Assembly (NCBI GenBank): GCA_964016885.1
Contig: OZ024740.1
Location: 45,756,001-45,820,000 of the forward strand
Reading direction: 5' to 3'
DNA length: 64,000 nt
Source: Eledone cirrhosa
Taxonomy: Eukaryota
The notes beneath the pieces are model-generated. The model was not told the origin of the DNA. It searched no databases and saw only the letters and a list, made by a program, of their open reading frames with translations. The position numbers were made by a program, and so were the translations under genes. Below, in pieces: positions 62,801 through 64,000 of the stretch. The number at the start of each line of letters is the position of its first letter. Position 1 is the stretch's first letter.

Positions 62801-64000
62801 TATTGTTGTATGTAACAAGATATTGGTGTTGTACAGCAAGAATTAGATCTACTGTCTGTTGTTTTATGTAATAAGATATTGATGTTGTACAGCAAGAATT
62901 AGACCTACTGTCTATTATTGTGTGTAACAAGATATTGGTGTCGTAAGCAAGAATTAGATCTACTGTCTATTGTTGTATGTAACAAGATATTGGTGTTGTA
63001 CAGCAAGAATTAGATCTACTGTCTGTTGTTTTATGTAACAAGATATTGGTGTTGTACAGCAAGAATTAGGCCTACTGTCTATTGTTGTATGTAACAAGAT
63101 ATTGGTGTTGTACAGCAAGAATTAGATCTACTGTCTATTGTTGTATGTAACAAGATATTGGTGTTGTACAGCAAGAATTAGGCCTACTGTCTGTTGTTGT
63201 ATGTAACAAGATATTGGTGTTGTACTGCAAGAATTAGACCTACTGTCTATTGTTGTATGTAACAAGATATTGGTGTTGTACAGCAAGAATTAGATCTACT
63301 GTCTGTTGTTGTGTGTAACAAGATATTGGTGTTGTACAGCAAGAATTAGATCTACTGTCTATTGTTGTATGTAAGAAGATATTGGTGTTGTACAGCAAGA
63401 ATTAGATCTACTGTCTATTGTTGTATGTAAGAAGATATTGGTGTTGTACAGCAAGAATTAGATATACTGTCTGTTGTTTTATGTAACAAGATATTGGTGT
63501 TGTACAGCAAGAATTAGACCTACTGTCTATTATTGTGTGTAACAAGATATTGGTGTTGTACAGCAAGAATTAGATCTACTGTCTGTTGTTGTGTGTAACA
63601 AGACATTGGTGTTGTACAGCAATAATTAGATCTACTGTCTATTGTTGTATGTAAGAAGATATTGGTGTTGTACAGCAAGAATTAGATCTACTGTCTGTTG
63701 TTGTGTGTAACAAGATATTGGTGTTGTACAGCAAGAATTAGATCTACTGTCTATTGTTGTATGTAAGAAGATATTGGTGTTGTACAGCAAGAATTAGACC
63801 TACTGTCTGTTGTTGTGTGTAACAAGATATTGGTGTTGTACAGCAAGAATTAGATCTACTGTCTATTGTTGTATGTAACAAGATATTGGTGTTGTACAGC
63901 AAGAATTAGGCCTACTGTCTGTTGTTGTATGTACCAAGATATTGGTGTTGTACTGCAAGAATTAGACCTACTGTCTATTGTTGTATGTAACAAGATATTG
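29858..64000. repeat. 56-bp satellite DNA array, >34 kb, ~610 monomers, running off the window end
   Basis: Consensus GTAACAAGAYATTGGTGTTGTACAGCAAGAATTAGRYCTACTGTCTRTTGTTGTRT with period 56 (AGCAAGAATT at 29881 and 29937). All monomers are in one orientation and I saw no insertions. Confidence 0.99.

Noticed and set aside
29858-64000. CRISPR array or repeat-encoded protein in the tandem array
   Set aside because: There are no unique spacers or cas genes, and the context is eukaryotic. The period is not a multiple of 3 and stops are frequent; the 66-67 aa ORFs arise only where deletion monomers shift frame.

Overview
This window is AT-rich, repeat-dense eukaryotic DNA, most likely from a coleoid cephalopod (probably an octopus), because it carries a clear reflectin gene. 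The first ~30 kb contains one host gene, an intronless-CDS reflectin on the minus strand (ATG 13832, stop 12825, 335 aa). I propose a small non-coding first exon for it ~4.8 kb upstream, with a TATA box and Inr. The same region holds an essentially full-length Tx1/L1-clade LINE (ORF1 with a zinc knuckle; ORF2 with APE, RT and zinc finger) sitting in (TA)n, plus decayed relatives. It also has a cluster of RLE-type (R4/Dong-like) and CRE-like retrotransposon fragments, many tRNA-derived SINEs, a hAT MITE with a perfect 8-bp TSD, a possible Tc1/mariner end, and micro- and minisatellites. From ~29.86 kb to the window end is one uninterrupted 56-bp satellite array (~610 monomers) with a visible hierarchy of higher-order duplications of 20, 25, 51 and 73 monomers. 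All assignments come from reading the sequence and recalled motifs; no searches were run. I found no clear novel multi-gene system.
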